Origin: an uncultured bacterium
GTDB lineage: Bacteria > Chloroflexota > UBA5177 > JANWHV01
Assembly: GCA_963827235.1 (NCBI GenBank)
Contig: CAWHAE010000019.1
Location: forward strand, 128,001-192,000
Reading direction: 5' to 3'
DNA: 64,000 nt
Part shown: positions 9,266 to 19,383 of the stretch, one piece after another
Position numbering within the stretch: position 1 is the first letter of the stretch
Layout: each line of letters opens with the position of its first letter
The notes under the pieces: model-generated
Databases searched by the model: none
Seen by the model: only the letters and a program-made list of their open reading frames with translations
Told to the model about the DNA's origin: nothing
Program-made: the position numbers and the translations under genes

Positions 9266-10348
9266 CTACCCGTTCGTACGCTCGAACGTGCCCATGAACT
9301 CCACGAGCTGCCTGGCGCCCTCGACCGGCATCGCGTTGTACATGCTTGCTCGCATGCCACCCACCGACCGGTGCCCTTTGAGATTGATGAACCCCTGAGC
9401 CGTGGCTTCTTTGACGAATTTCTTGTTGAGCTCGTCGGAAGGCAACACGAATGGGACGTTCATCAGGGATCGGAACTCCGGAACGGCTGTGCCTTTGAAC
9501 AGGCTCGACTCGTCCAGGAAGTTGTAGAGGATGGCCGCTCGCTCCTCGTTGGCACGCTGGACCGCGGCCACGCCCCCCTGGGCCTTGACCCATTCGAATA
9601 CGAGCTTGGCAACGTAGACGGCATAGCACGGAGGCGTGTTGTAGAGCGAGCCTGCCTCGGCGTGCGTCTGGTAGTCGAGCATCGTGGGCGTGATGTCGAG
9701 CGCGTGCCCAAGCAGGTCCTCGCGGATGATCACTACGGTCAGGCCGGCAGGCCCAATGTTCTTCTGAGCGCCGGCGTAGATGAGCGCGAACTTCGACACG
9801 TCGTAGACTTCGGAGAGGATGCTGGACGACATGTCGGTGACGAGGGGCAAGGATCCGGTGTCCGGAATCGCGCGGTACCGCGTGCCGAAAATGGTATTGT
9901 TCGTCGTGATGTGGGCATACGATGCCTGCTGGTCGAACATGCCGGGAGTGAGCGCCGGGATGTAGGTGAAGTTCTTATCGTCCGATGAGGCCACCGCGCG
10001 GGCAGCGCCGTACCGCTTCGCTTCGGACAGCGCCTTCTTTGCCCACATGCCTGTGACCACGTAATCGGCCTTCCGGCGTTCGCCGTACAGGTTGAGCGGC
10101 ACCATGGCGAACTGAGTCGACGCTCCTCCCTGGAGGAAGAGCACGCGGTAGCTTTCCGGTATTGCCATCAGCTCTCGCAGCACCGCCTCGGCGTCGTGCA
10201 GGATGCCCTCGAACTCGGGTGAGCGGTGGCTCATCTCCATGACCGACTGCCCGGTACCGTGGTAGTCCAGCATCTCCTCGGCGGCCTGTTTGAGCACGGG
10301 CTCGGGAAGCATCGAAGGGCCGGGACTAAAATTGTAGACTCGCGCCAT
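9266..10348 (-). CDS. serC: phosphoserine aminotransferase
   Basis: NFSPGP, LQGGASTQF, YAGAQKNIGPAG, NTPP, GHRSVGGMRASMYNA. Confidence 0.97.
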   Translation of the reverse strand: MARVYNFSPGPSMLPEPVLKQAAEEMLDYHGTGQSVMEMSHRSPEFEGILHDAEAVLRELMAIPESYRVLFLQGGASTQFAMVPLNLYGERRKADYVVTGMWAKKALSEAKRYGAARAVASSDDKNFTYIPALTPGMFDQQASYAHITTNNTIFGTRYRAIPDTGSLPLVTDMSSSILSEVYDVSKFALIYAGAQKNIGPAGLTVVIIREDLLGHALDITPTMLDYQTHAEAGSLYNTPPCYAVYVAKLVFEWVKAQGGVAAVQRANEERAAILYNFLDESSLFKGTAVPEFRSLMNVPFVLPSDELNKKFVKEATAQGFINLKGHRSVGGMRASMYNAMPVEGARQLVEFMGTFERTNG

Positions 10349-10735
10349 CACGTACACTCCTTCGCAGGCTGAATATCGTAGAGAATGAGCATGCCGTCCC
10401 GACATCACGCCCGGGAGTGTCGCCGCGGATGCGCCGCAACCTCATCGCATACCGGTGCAGAGCGAGGTCTTGCGCGTGCACCCGAGCGCAGATGACTGGC
10501 ACGTCAACGAGTGTAGCATACGATTGCCTCTGGCCTGGGCCGGCGAGCGCATGATACAGAATAAGTACCGGCCTGATGATGCGCTCGTGGTGCGCCTCCC
10601 GGCCTGTATGCTGACAAAGGTGCCGGTGCGGCGTCCGCGGTCGGTCCACGACGGCTCTTGGCGACGCCCCGTTGGCGTGTCACCGGCGTGGGACGCCCGG
10701 CTGGCTACGCTGAGCCGCGGAAGGGTGCAATTGCT

Positions 10736-11755
10736 ATGGGTTTCGGACTCTTCTACATCCCCGTCCTCCACGACGGGCTAACGGCGCGGGAAGTCTATGA
10801 CGCGGTCATACGCGAAGCATGCCTCGCCGACGATCTTGGGTGGGACAACGTCTGGTTTGCCGAACACCACTTCGATGCCTTTGGCGGCGTCGTGCCTTCT
10901 CCAGCCGTACTCGCCGCGGCGGTCGCAGGGCGCACGAAGCGCGTGCGTATAGGCGCGGCGGTCGCTGTGCTGCCGCTGCACCACGCGGTCCGGGTGGCGG
11001 AGGAGTTCGCCATGCTCGACGTTCTCAGCGGCGGGCGGATCGATTTGGGTATAGGCCGGGGTTTCTCGCGCCACGAGTTCAAGTCGCTCGGCATCTCGAT
11101 GGAGTCCAGGGACGGCCGCTTCGATGAAGGCGTGTCCGTGCTGATCGACGCCTGGACGCGCGATCGCTTCTCGTTCGAGGGCGAGTTCTACACGCTGAGC
11201 GACGTCGAGGTGCTTCCCCGACCGATCCAGGTGCCGCATCCGCCGATCTGGGTTGCCGCCTCGATCAACCGGTCGAGCTTCGAGCTTGCCGGGCGTTTCG
11301 GGTTCAACGTGATGCTCAACCCGTACAGTCGCGAGGTCGACGAGGTGCGGCGCGGCCTCGACTGGTACCGGGAAGCCCTGATTCGGGCGGGTCACGATGT
11401 GAGCAGCAAGCGCATCATGGTGAACTACCACCTCTACGTAGCACGGGACGAGCACGCGGCTCGGCACGAGCCGCGGGAGGCCCTGCTGTACTACTTGACC
11501 GAGGTGGACAGGGTTTACCTCCGGGGAGACGATTCCGGCCGCACGTCACTGCCGGCTCCCTCCTATGAAGCGATGTATCCGGCGCGGGTCATGTTCGGTA
11601 CGCCCGACGTGATCGAGAGCAAGATCAGGGCCTGGATGCGGTTCGGAGTGACCGACTTCTGCTTCATGAGCCTGTTCGGCAACCTCAGTCCCGACAGCTC
11701 GCTCGCATCGATGCGGCTCTTTTCCGATGAGGTAATGCCTCGTTTCGCGAGATGA
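10736..11755 (+). CDS. LLM-class (luciferase-like) flavin-dependent oxidoreductase
   Basis: WFAEHHF, RVAEEFAMLDVLSGGRIDLGIGRG, PRPIQVPHPPIWVA. Confidence 0.92.
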   Translation: MGFGLFYIPVLHDGLTAREVYDAVIREACLADDLGWDNVWFAEHHFDAFGGVVPSPAVLAAAVAGRTKRVRIGAAVAVLPLHHAVRVAEEFAMLDVLSGGRIDLGIGRGFSRHEFKSLGISMESRDGRFDEGVSVLIDAWTRDRFSFEGEFYTLSDVEVLPRPIQVPHPPIWVAASINRSSFELAGRFGFNVMLNPYSREVDEVRRGLDWYREALIRAGHDVSSKRIMVNYHLYVARDEHAARHEPREALLYYLTEVDRVYLRGDDSGRTSLPAPSYEAMYPARVMFGTPDVIESKIRAWMRFGVTDFCFMSLFGNLSPDSSLASMRLFSDEVMPRFAR

Positions 11756-11919
11756 CCGGCACGACGCAGGCGCCAGCAGCGCGGCGCCTGCGTCGTGCGC
11801 TCCTCAACGCGAAGCTCCTCGGGCGCTCACGGTGGGCGGCAGCGCCATGGGGTGCGCGGACATGCCCGCGACCCTCGGCGCCGCTCGCTGCCGATCGGCT
11901 CGGAAGCGATGAGCGGCGG

Positions 11920-13005
11920 TCAGGGCAGCAGCAGCGTCTTCAGGTTGTCGCCCCCGTGCGCCGCGTCCATTGCCTCCTTGAACTCCGCCAACGGGAAGGT
12001 CGCGGTTATCAAGCTCGTGACGTCGACGGCCTTCTCGGCGAGCAACGCGATTGCCGGTTCGTAGCAATACGGTCCTAGGTGGCTGCCAAGCACGTTCAAC
12101 TCCTTCTGATCGCCCACGAGGTTCCAGTCCAGCACCGCCGGCTCGGCCAGCACGCTGAAAGCGACTACGGTGCCGAGCCGCCGGATCATCTGCAATCCCT
12201 GCTGCGGGCCTTTCGCGCTGCCAGTAGCCTCGATGTAGACGTCGCAGCCGTAGCCTTCGGTCAGCGACTTCACCCGCGCCACCGCGTCCTCCTCCAGAGG
12301 ATTGATCGTGATGTCGGCACCGAGCTTGCGGGCAAGCTCGAGACGGTAGCCCTTGGTGTCCAGCGCAATGAGCTGTCCCGGCGAGTAGCGCCGCGCCATC
12401 TGCAGCATGCAGAGGCCGATGTTGCCCACGCCGGCAATCACGACGGTATCGCCGGGGGTGATCTGGCTGCGCTGCACGGCGTGCATCGCGCAGGCCAGAG
12501 GCTCGATATAGGCAGCCTCCTGCATCGTGATGCGGGCATCGATCTGGTGGATGACAGAGTTCTTGGGGAACAGGGCGTATTCGGCCATGCCCCCTTCCGA
12601 CCGGCCGTGCTTGAACCCGAAGATGATGTGCGGCTCGCACATCCAGTATTGCCCGCGCTTGCAGAAGCGGCAGTGCCCGCAGGGTATGATCTGTTCGGCG
12701 ACGACGCGGTCGCCCAGCGCTACACTGTGCCGATCGGCCGCACCTTCGCCCAGTGCGACAACCGTGCCCGCGAATTCATGGCCGGGAATCACCGGAACCT
12801 CGCAGTAGCCGCCCGAACCGTCGGCACCCCAGAAAGTGATCCCGCCCGTGTAGCACTTCACGTCGCTGGCGCAAATGCCCGATGCGCCTACCTTGATTAC
12901 CACTTCATCTTGACCGGGCTGGGGCCGGGGCACCCGCTCGACGCGATAATCGTACGGGCCATGGCAAACCACCGCCTGCATCGTTTCCACTGCCACGTCA
13001 GCCAC
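11920..13005 (-). CDS. Zn-dependent polyol dehydrogenase (erythritol/L-threitol dehydrogenase-like, MDR family)
   Basis: MQAVVCHGPYDYR, GICASDVKC, GHEF, CGHCRFC...C structural Zn site, GVGNIG. Confidence 0.85.
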   Translation of the reverse strand: MADVAVETMQAVVCHGPYDYRVERVPRPQPGQDEVVIKVGASGICASDVKCYTGGITFWGADGSGGYCEVPVIPGHEFAGTVVALGEGAADRHSVALGDRVVAEQIIPCGHCRFCKRGQYWMCEPHIIFGFKHGRSEGGMAEYALFPKNSVIHQIDARITMQEAAYIEPLACAMHAVQRSQITPGDTVVIAGVGNIGLCMLQMARRYSPGQLIALDTKGYRLELARKLGADITINPLEEDAVARVKSLTEGYGCDVYIEATGSAKGPQQGLQMIRRLGTVVAFSVLAEPAVLDWNLVGDQKELNVLGSHLGPYCYEPAIALLAEKAVDVTSLITATFPLAEFKEAMDAAHGGDNLKTLLLP

Positions 13006-13052
13006 CTTTCTCCCTGCTACATGATGACGCCGCGTCTCGCCACGGCAAGAGG

Positions 13053-14324
13053 TTACCGCATCGGATAGTGCCGGAACTCGTTGGCGGCCTGGAAGAGCGC
13101 CACCAGATTCTCCGCCGGGATGCCCGACTGGATGTTGTGGATGGCGGCGAACACGAACCCGCCGTCATGGCCGAAGATCTTCATGCGGTCCAGCACCATT
13201 GCCCGCACGTCCTCGGGAGTGCCGAAGGGCAGGACTTTCTGCGTGTCGACGCCGCCCCCCCAGAAGGTGACGCGTCCCCCGTACTTCTGCTTGAGCGCTA
13301 CCGGATCCATCTCCGCCGCGGAAGTCTGGACGGGGTTCACGGCATCGAATCCGGCGTCCACGATGTCGTCGAGCAGGCGCCAGATAGAGCCGCAGGAGTG
13401 AATGAACGACTTCCACTTCGTGTGCGTGTGAATCCACTCGTTGACCCGGGCATGGAAGGGCTTGTAGAGCTCGCGGTACGTCCGGGGAGAGATGAACGGT
13501 CCATGCTGAGCGCCGAAGTCCGTTCCGGTCACGAAAGTGGCGCAGACCCGATCGCCGACCACCTCGTAGATGCGCTGCAGGTTCTTGAGCCCGATCTCGC
13601 ACTGGCGATCGAACAGCTCGTAGATATACCCGCGTCGCGCCGTCGTGCTGATGTACCATTCCGCCACGTCGCGTATGCCCTTTGGGTTCTTCATATTGAG
13701 CCCGGGCACCCAGGCGATGTCGCCGAAGCGCGATTGATCGAAGTTGCCCACGATGGCCCTGCCGGTAGGCTCGAGGCGTGCGATCTCCGCCGCCAAAAAG
13801 GCCAGGTCCTGGTCGGTCACCGGGGTGAACTCCTCCAGGTTGTCGGCCACGTCCAGATGGTCGTCGTCGATGGGAACCTGGCGCACGATGCCGTCGAAGT
13901 AGTGGCCGCCCTTGGGCATGCGACCGCTGGCAGGGACCGACTTGTCGCCCTGCGGGTACATCAGGATGTCCCCGTTCGGCTCCGGGTCCGTGTTGAAGTC
14001 TCTGGGCACCAGCACCGGCGTGCCCGCAAAGGTCGTCCACGGTTTCCAGCCCTCGTTCGGGAAGCCGAACATGCCAAGACGCATGCCGAGGCCGACCACG
14101 TCGACTCCAATGGCGTCGAGCAAATCGGGTGCCACCTCTCCGAGCATCTCGAACGGATCCAGGATCTTGACCGGCGTGCCGGGCGGATCGAGGTGCATGG
14201 CCTGCCGGAGCAGGTAGACCGCATCCACGTGAATGCCGGTGACCGGGGTGCTGCCCAGGTCAATCGGAACCAGGTCCGGCTCCCTGTGCTCGAGCGATAG
14301 CGCGAGACGTTCGCGAGAGTCCAC
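13053..14324 (-). CDS. uroporphyrinogen decarboxylase / MtaA-CmuA methyltransferase family protein
   Basis: SRER...HREPDLVPIDLG start, GTDFGAQ, HSCG, FWGGGVDTQ, FGTPEDVR, GGFVFAAIHNIQ. Confidence 0.85.
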   Translation of the reverse strand: MDSRERLALSLEHREPDLVPIDLGSTPVTGIHVDAVYLLRQAMHLDPPGTPVKILDPFEMLGEVAPDLLDAIGVDVVGLGMRLGMFGFPNEGWKPWTTFAGTPVLVPRDFNTDPEPNGDILMYPQGDKSVPASGRMPKGGHYFDGIVRQVPIDDDHLDVADNLEEFTPVTDQDLAFLAAEIARLEPTGRAIVGNFDQSRFGDIAWVPGLNMKNPKGIRDVAEWYISTTARRGYIYELFDRQCEIGLKNLQRIYEVVGDRVCATFVTGTDFGAQHGPFISPRTYRELYKPFHARVNEWIHTHTKWKSFIHSCGSIWRLLDDIVDAGFDAVNPVQTSAAEMDPVALKQKYGGRVTFWGGGVDTQKVLPFGTPEDVRAMVLDRMKIFGHDGGFVFAAIHNIQSGIPAENLVALFQAANEFRHYPMR

Positions 14325-14453
14325 GGTGCCCACTCTCCTTCCCGCAAGTCTGGATCGTCGACGGGCCGCGTGGCGCCACCGATGGTAACCCGACCGGCCG
14401 GCTCGCGAGTATGGCACCGTCGCGCGGACACTGCCCGGTCCGCAACCATGGCG

Positions 14454-14670
14454 ACTGTACACCCGTCCCTGCCGTGTGTCAATAGATGTCACTCCTGCTG
14501 CCGCACTGAGGATTATTTTCTTTCGCGAGTAGCGCTCCCGAGGCGGGCCGGCGCCGCAGACATGTCGCGTTTCATCGACCGGCAGAGAAAACGCCGGATC
14601 CGAGAAGAAAATAATCTTGTGCGGGAGAGATGTGGCATCTATTGACATCGCCGCGGAAGGGGTATATAGT
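14454..14670. promoter_or_regulatory. mirror-image divergent sigma70 promoters with putative operators
   Basis: Plus: TTGACA(14642)-17-TATAGT; minus: TTGACA(14482)-17-TACAGT; inverted copies GATTATTTTCT (14511) / AGAAAATAATC (14606). Confidence 0.75.
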
Positions 14671-14733
14671 TCCGGTGGTTGCGCGGGGCTCAGGCGTTTG
14701 TGAGCAGCAGAGTCACCTTCCACTGGAGGCGCC

Positions 14734-15633
14734 GTGGCAGAACAACAGGACAACAACGTGCCGTTGCCCCTGCGTTTGCAGATGGAGCTGCCGGCGCTGC
14801 GCGAGGCAGAGCGCAAGGTCGTGCGGGCGCTGTTGGCCAACTCCGCCGATGCTCCCCGTCTGGGCGTCACCGGAATTGCCAGGTTGGCGAACGTCAGCGA
14901 GGCATCGGTCATGCGTCTCTGCCGCTCGTTCGGCTTTCATGGCTTTAGCGATTTCAAAGTCCAGCTCATACAGGATCTGGCGATCGCGGACGTGATGCCG
15001 AGCCGGGAGCCGGTGCTCGAGGCAACCGAGGATATTGTCGCCGAAGACGATATCGCTACCGTGGCACGCAAGGTGTTCCGCATGGACATGCGCGTGCTGG
15101 CAGACACCCTGCAGGTGCTGGACGTGCGCAAGATCGAGGAGGCTGTCGCGGCCATTGCCAAGGCCGAGCGCGTGGAAGTGATCGGCGTCGGCGGTTCGTC
15201 CCTGATTGCACAGGATGCGGCCTACCGGCTGATCCGGGTCGGCGTCGCAGCTACCGCCACGCCGGATCCACACATGCAGGCGATCCGGCTCGCGTTGGTC
15301 ACGTCGCGCGACGTGGTGATCGCCGTTTCGCACACCGGCGAGACGCGCGACACCGTCGAAACGTTCACGCTGGCGGTGGAAGCCGGAGCACGTACCATCG
15401 CCGTGACGAGCGCGCCGCGCTCCTCTCTCGCTCGCATGGCCCAGATCGCCCTGGTCACGTCATACAGGGACGGACCGTGGCGCGGTGAAGCGATTCCGCC
15501 GCGCATCGTGCAGCTGACGCTTTTCGACACCATCTGCGTTGCACTCGACATGAGAAAGGAGGTGGAGACGACGGCTGCGGTGGACCGCATCGACCGCGCT
15601 CTGCAACAGAAGCGGACCGGCCGCCGGCACTGA
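14734..15633 (+). CDS. MurR/RpiR family transcriptional regulator
   Basis: HTH VSEASVMRLCRSFGFHGFSDFK plus SIS domain GVGGS, SHTGET. Confidence 0.93.
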   Translation: MAEQQDNNVPLPLRLQMELPALREAERKVVRALLANSADAPRLGVTGIARLANVSEASVMRLCRSFGFHGFSDFKVQLIQDLAIADVMPSREPVLEATEDIVAEDDIATVARKVFRMDMRVLADTLQVLDVRKIEEAVAAIAKAERVEVIGVGGSSLIAQDAAYRLIRVGVAATATPDPHMQAIRLALVTSRDVVIAVSHTGETRDTVETFTLAVEAGARTIAVTSAPRSSLARMAQIALVTSYRDGPWRGEAIPPRIVQLTLFDTICVALDMRKEVETTAAVDRIDRALQQKRTGRRH

Positions 15634-15943
15634 CGTACCGGTCAGGGGCCTCGCGTGCGGGCCCAGCTCGCCAATCTCTATTCGGTTGTCCTGAGGCCGC
15701 GCGACGTACAGATCTCCAGGTTGTTTACCTGCTGGACGGTGCATCATACTGCGATTACCTGCGAGGTTTCGTCTTACTGTCATTCCGAACCGGTCGCCAG
15801 CACAGTCCTAGAGTGCCGGCCATCCCCACGCTTGGCGATGGGGACATCGAAAAGCGCCTATACGGAGATGGCCGTCCATCATACACTTCACGTTCGGGCT
15901 AACAACGCAACGTGTCTATTGACGGAAGGGCAAATCACAAGCA

Positions 15944-17380
15944 ATGGACGAGCAGAAGGTTCAGCAAACGAACGATCGCAAGGTCAGCCGGAAATCCGTC
16001 TTGAAGAGCGCAGCACAGATCGGCGTCGCCGCGGCCGGTGCGAGCCTGGTGGGCCCGGCGGCCGCACGCGCAGCCGCGCGTGTGGAGGTCACGGCCGACG
16101 CAAGCTTCAACTGGCGCCAGTTTGCCGGTCAGACGATCAACGCCCTGCTGGTCAAGCACCAGTACACCGACTCCACAATCCCCTTGCTGCCTCAGTTCGA
16201 AGCTCTTACCGGAATAACCGTGAAGTACGAAGAGCTCACCGAAGAGCAGTACTTCGAGAAGCTTCTCCTCGAGCTGGCCAGCGGTGGCTCGCCGGACGTT
16301 TTCATGACCGGGCCGCTGGAAGACTGGCAGTACGCGCCGGCCGGCTGGGTGGCCGCCCTGGATTCCTACATTAGCGATCCCACGATGACCTCCCCGGACT
16401 GGAACTTCAAGGACTTCGTGCCGTCGCTGATCAGCGTCAATCGGTGGACCAAGACCCCAGGCCAGGGTGTCGGACAGGGCTCACTGTGGGCCCTACCCGT
16501 GAATTCTGAAGCCTACACCCTGTTCTATCGCAAGGACATTCTGAGCCAGTACAAGCTGGCCGTGCCCAAGACCTGGACCGATCTCTATACGGTGGCCACG
16601 AAGCTCAACGGCATCACGTTCCAGGGCCAGAAGCTCAACGGTTTCGCGGCTCGTGGCGACAAGACGTGGCCCAGTATCCTCACCGCGTACGGCTCGATCT
16701 TCAATTCCTACGGTGGTCACGATACGGACGGCCATTTCCATTCCACGATCAACAGCCCGCAAGGCATCGCGGCTACGACGCTGTGGGCCAAGCTGCTGCG
16801 CGATGGCGGTCCAGCCAGCGTGGCGAACTTCACCTGGTACGAAGTGCAGAACGCCTTCGCCGGCGGACAGGTGGCAATGGCATTCGACGCCGACCACATG
16901 GCCAGCATCTTCGAGGATCCGAAGCAGTCCAAGATCGTGGGCAAGGTCGGATACGCGGTCTCGCCCGCAGGTCCTGGGGGACTGCGGCGCGGCAACATGT
17001 ATGTGTGGTCGCTGGGCATGAACGCCCACTCCTCGCACAAGGGTGCGGCCTGGTACTTCCTGCAGTGGGCGGCCGGTCACAGCACGCTCACGGCCTCGGC
17101 GACCAAGGGTAACCTCAACCCCACTCGCGTCTCTGTAGCCAACGATCCGGGTGTGCTCGCGTACATGAGCAGCTGGGGCAACTACGCCTCGCTGTATCAG
17201 CAAAACATGCGGCAGTTCGCCGGCCTCTACCTGGCACCCTCGACGAAGTACAGCGAGATGGGCGACCGGTGGGCACTCGGCGTGCAGCAGGTCATACTCG
17301 GGCAGGCCTCGGCGACCGACGCTTTGAACAGCGCGGCGCATGACATCGACCAGATCTACAGCAAGGCCGGGCTGCACTAG
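15944..17380 (+). CDS. sugar ABC transporter substrate-binding protein
   Basis: Tat-like leader SRKSVLK, LFYRKDIL, VPKTWTDL, AWYFLQW. Confidence 0.9.
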   Translation: MDEQKVQQTNDRKVSRKSVLKSAAQIGVAAAGASLVGPAAARAAARVEVTADASFNWRQFAGQTINALLVKHQYTDSTIPLLPQFEALTGITVKYEELTEEQYFEKLLLELASGGSPDVFMTGPLEDWQYAPAGWVAALDSYISDPTMTSPDWNFKDFVPSLISVNRWTKTPGQGVGQGSLWALPVNSEAYTLFYRKDILSQYKLAVPKTWTDLYTVATKLNGITFQGQKLNGFAARGDKTWPSILTAYGSIFNSYGGHDTDGHFHSTINSPQGIAATTLWAKLLRDGGPASVANFTWYEVQNAFAGGQVAMAFDADHMASIFEDPKQSKIVGKVGYAVSPAGPGGLRRGNMYVWSLGMNAHSSHKGAAWYFLQWAAGHSTLTASATKGNLNPTRVSVANDPGVLAYMSSWGNYASLYQQNMRQFAGLYLAPSTKYSEMGDRWALGVQQVILGQASATDALNSAAHDIDQIYSKAGLH

Positions 17381-17501
17381 CTCGCCGCTCGCGGACGCGC
17401 ACCGGGCCGGGCGCCCTCGTGGCTTCCGGTCCGGCGCCGTCCGACGGCGTAGACTCGATTCGTTCCCTGCAATGTGACTGGCAAGGGAGGCCCCAAGCAC
17501 C

Positions 17502-18443
17502 GTGGCCCGTGTCATCGAGAGCATCGATTCGCCCCCTCGACCGTCCGACTCGCAGTCTCGGGCCGGGCACAGGCTGCGTGCCATGCAGCCGTACTTGCTG
17601 CTCGCACCCAGCCTCGCTCTGTTGCTCGCCATTCTCTATCCCTTTGGCAAGGGGATCTGGTGGAGCCTGACCAACTACGATCTGAGCTCGGGAGAGCCTC
17701 CGCAGTTCATCGGCCTCAGCAACTACCAGTCCCTCTTTCAGGACAGCGAGTTCTGGTGGTCAATCCGGCTGACGCTCGTGTACAGCCTGCTGGTGATCGC
17801 GATCGAGGTCGGACTCGGGCTGTGCGTGGCGATCCTGCTCGACCAGGATTGCCACGCTAACCGGTTCTTCCGCAGCACGCTCATCATACCGCTGACGGTG
17901 CCGCCGGTCGTCGGAGCAATCATGTGGCGACTGATGATGGAGCCCAACGGCATCCTCAACTCGCTGTTGGGGCTCATCCATCTCGGACCGTGGACGTGGC
18001 TCGGATCGGTCAACGGTGCCCTGCCGTCGGTGGTGCTCATGGACGTCTGGATGAACACGCCGTTCGCCGCGCTTATTCTGTTTGCTGGCCTGCGCAGCAT
18101 GCCCATGGAGACGAAGGAGGCGGCTCTGGTTGATGGCGCTTCTTCCTTCCAGGCCTTTCGTGCGCTCACTCTGCCGCACTTGCAGCCGTTCTTCCTGATC
18201 GTCCTCGTCCTGCGCGGCATCGACTCGTTCAAGGTTTTCGACATCATCTACGCCACTACCGAAGGCGGGCCCGGTGACGCCACCACGACGCTCAACATCT
18301 CAGCCTACTTCCAGGGCATCAGGTATCTGTCGTTCGGCAACGCGATGTCTGAAGTGGTGATTCTCTGGCTGTTGAGTTACGTGTTTGCCTTCGTCCTGTT
18401 GCGATGGTGGCAGCGTACGACGCGCTATCAAGCGGAATTGTGA
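17502..18443 (+). CDS. sugar ABC transporter permease
   Basis: FIGLSNY, EAA motif EAALVDGAS, TEGGPG. Confidence 0.93.
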   Translation: MARVIESIDSPPRPSDSQSRAGHRLRAMQPYLLLAPSLALLLAILYPFGKGIWWSLTNYDLSSGEPPQFIGLSNYQSLFQDSEFWWSIRLTLVYSLLVIAIEVGLGLCVAILLDQDCHANRFFRSTLIIPLTVPPVVGAIMWRLMMEPNGILNSLLGLIHLGPWTWLGSVNGALPSVVLMDVWMNTPFAALILFAGLRSMPMETKEAALVDGASSFQAFRALTLPHLQPFFLIVLVLRGIDSFKVFDIIYATTEGGPGDATTTLNISAYFQGIRYLSFGNAMSEVVILWLLSYVFAFVLLRWWQRTTRYQAEL

Positions 18444-18456
18444 GGAGTGGACGAAG

Positions 18457-19320
18457 GTGGCGTTGAGTACGGCCGATGCCAAGAGCAGACGGTTGGCGCG
18501 CAGGATCCGCCAGATACGGCGCGAAAGCGCGGTGATCGGCGGACTGAGCATCTACACGGTGTTCGCGCTGGGTCCTGTCGTCTGGATCTTGATGATGTCG
18601 TTCAAGCAGATCAAGGATATTGTCAGCCAGCCCACGCTGTTCTTTACGCCGACGCTGGACAATTACTCCGCCGTCTTTACCGGCGGCTTCCTGACCTACT
18701 ACTGGCATACGATCGTGATCTCGGTGGGCTCGATCACGCTTTCGGCGCTGATCGGCATCCCGGCGGCCTATGCCCTGGCACGCTACCGGTTCAGGTTTCG
18801 CGAAGACCTGGCGTTCTCCATCCTGAGCATCAGATTCGCACCGGAGCTGTCCATTCTGCTGCCCCTGTTCTTGCTCTACAAGGACTTGAACCTCTACGAC
18901 ACATATCCCGGCATGATTCTGGTGTACCAGCTCATCACTCTGCCGCTGTTCGTGTGGATCATGCGCGGCTTCTTCGAGGAAGTGCCGCGCGAGGTCGAGG
19001 AAGCGGCCAGGGTGGATGGCGCCAACCTGTGGGAGACATTGTGGCACGTGATGCTGCCTCTGGTACGGCCGGGACTGGCGGCAACAGTCATCCTCAGCTT
19101 CATCTTTGCCTGGAACAGCTTCGTCTTCGCGCTGGTGCTCTCCAGCAACCAGACGCAGACCGTGACGCTTGGCCTTCTTGGGTACATTGGCTTTGACCAG
19201 GTGCAATGGGGCGAGATGGCCGCGGCGACCATGGTGACCATCATCCCGGAGGTCGTGCTGGCCATGCTGGTTCAGCGCCACCTCGTGCGCGGCCTGACGT
19301 TTGGAGCCGTCAAGGGCTAG
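18457..19320 (+). CDS. sugar ABC transporter permease
   Basis: PTLDNY, AAYALAR, EEAARVDGAN, GLTFGAVKG. Confidence 0.93.
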   Translation: MALSTADAKSRRLARRIRQIRRESAVIGGLSIYTVFALGPVVWILMMSFKQIKDIVSQPTLFFTPTLDNYSAVFTGGFLTYYWHTIVISVGSITLSALIGIPAAYALARYRFRFREDLAFSILSIRFAPELSILLPLFLLYKDLNLYDTYPGMILVYQLITLPLFVWIMRGFFEEVPREVEEAARVDGANLWETLWHVMLPLVRPGLAATVILSFIFAWNSFVFALVLSSNQTQTVTLGLLGYIGFDQVQWGEMAAATMVTIIPEVVLAMLVQRHLVRGLTFGAVKG

Positions 19321-19383
19321 AACTCGGGCTGGTTCTGAAGCCCTTGACGCCACAGTCGCTCCTGAAAGGAGACACGAGAACCG

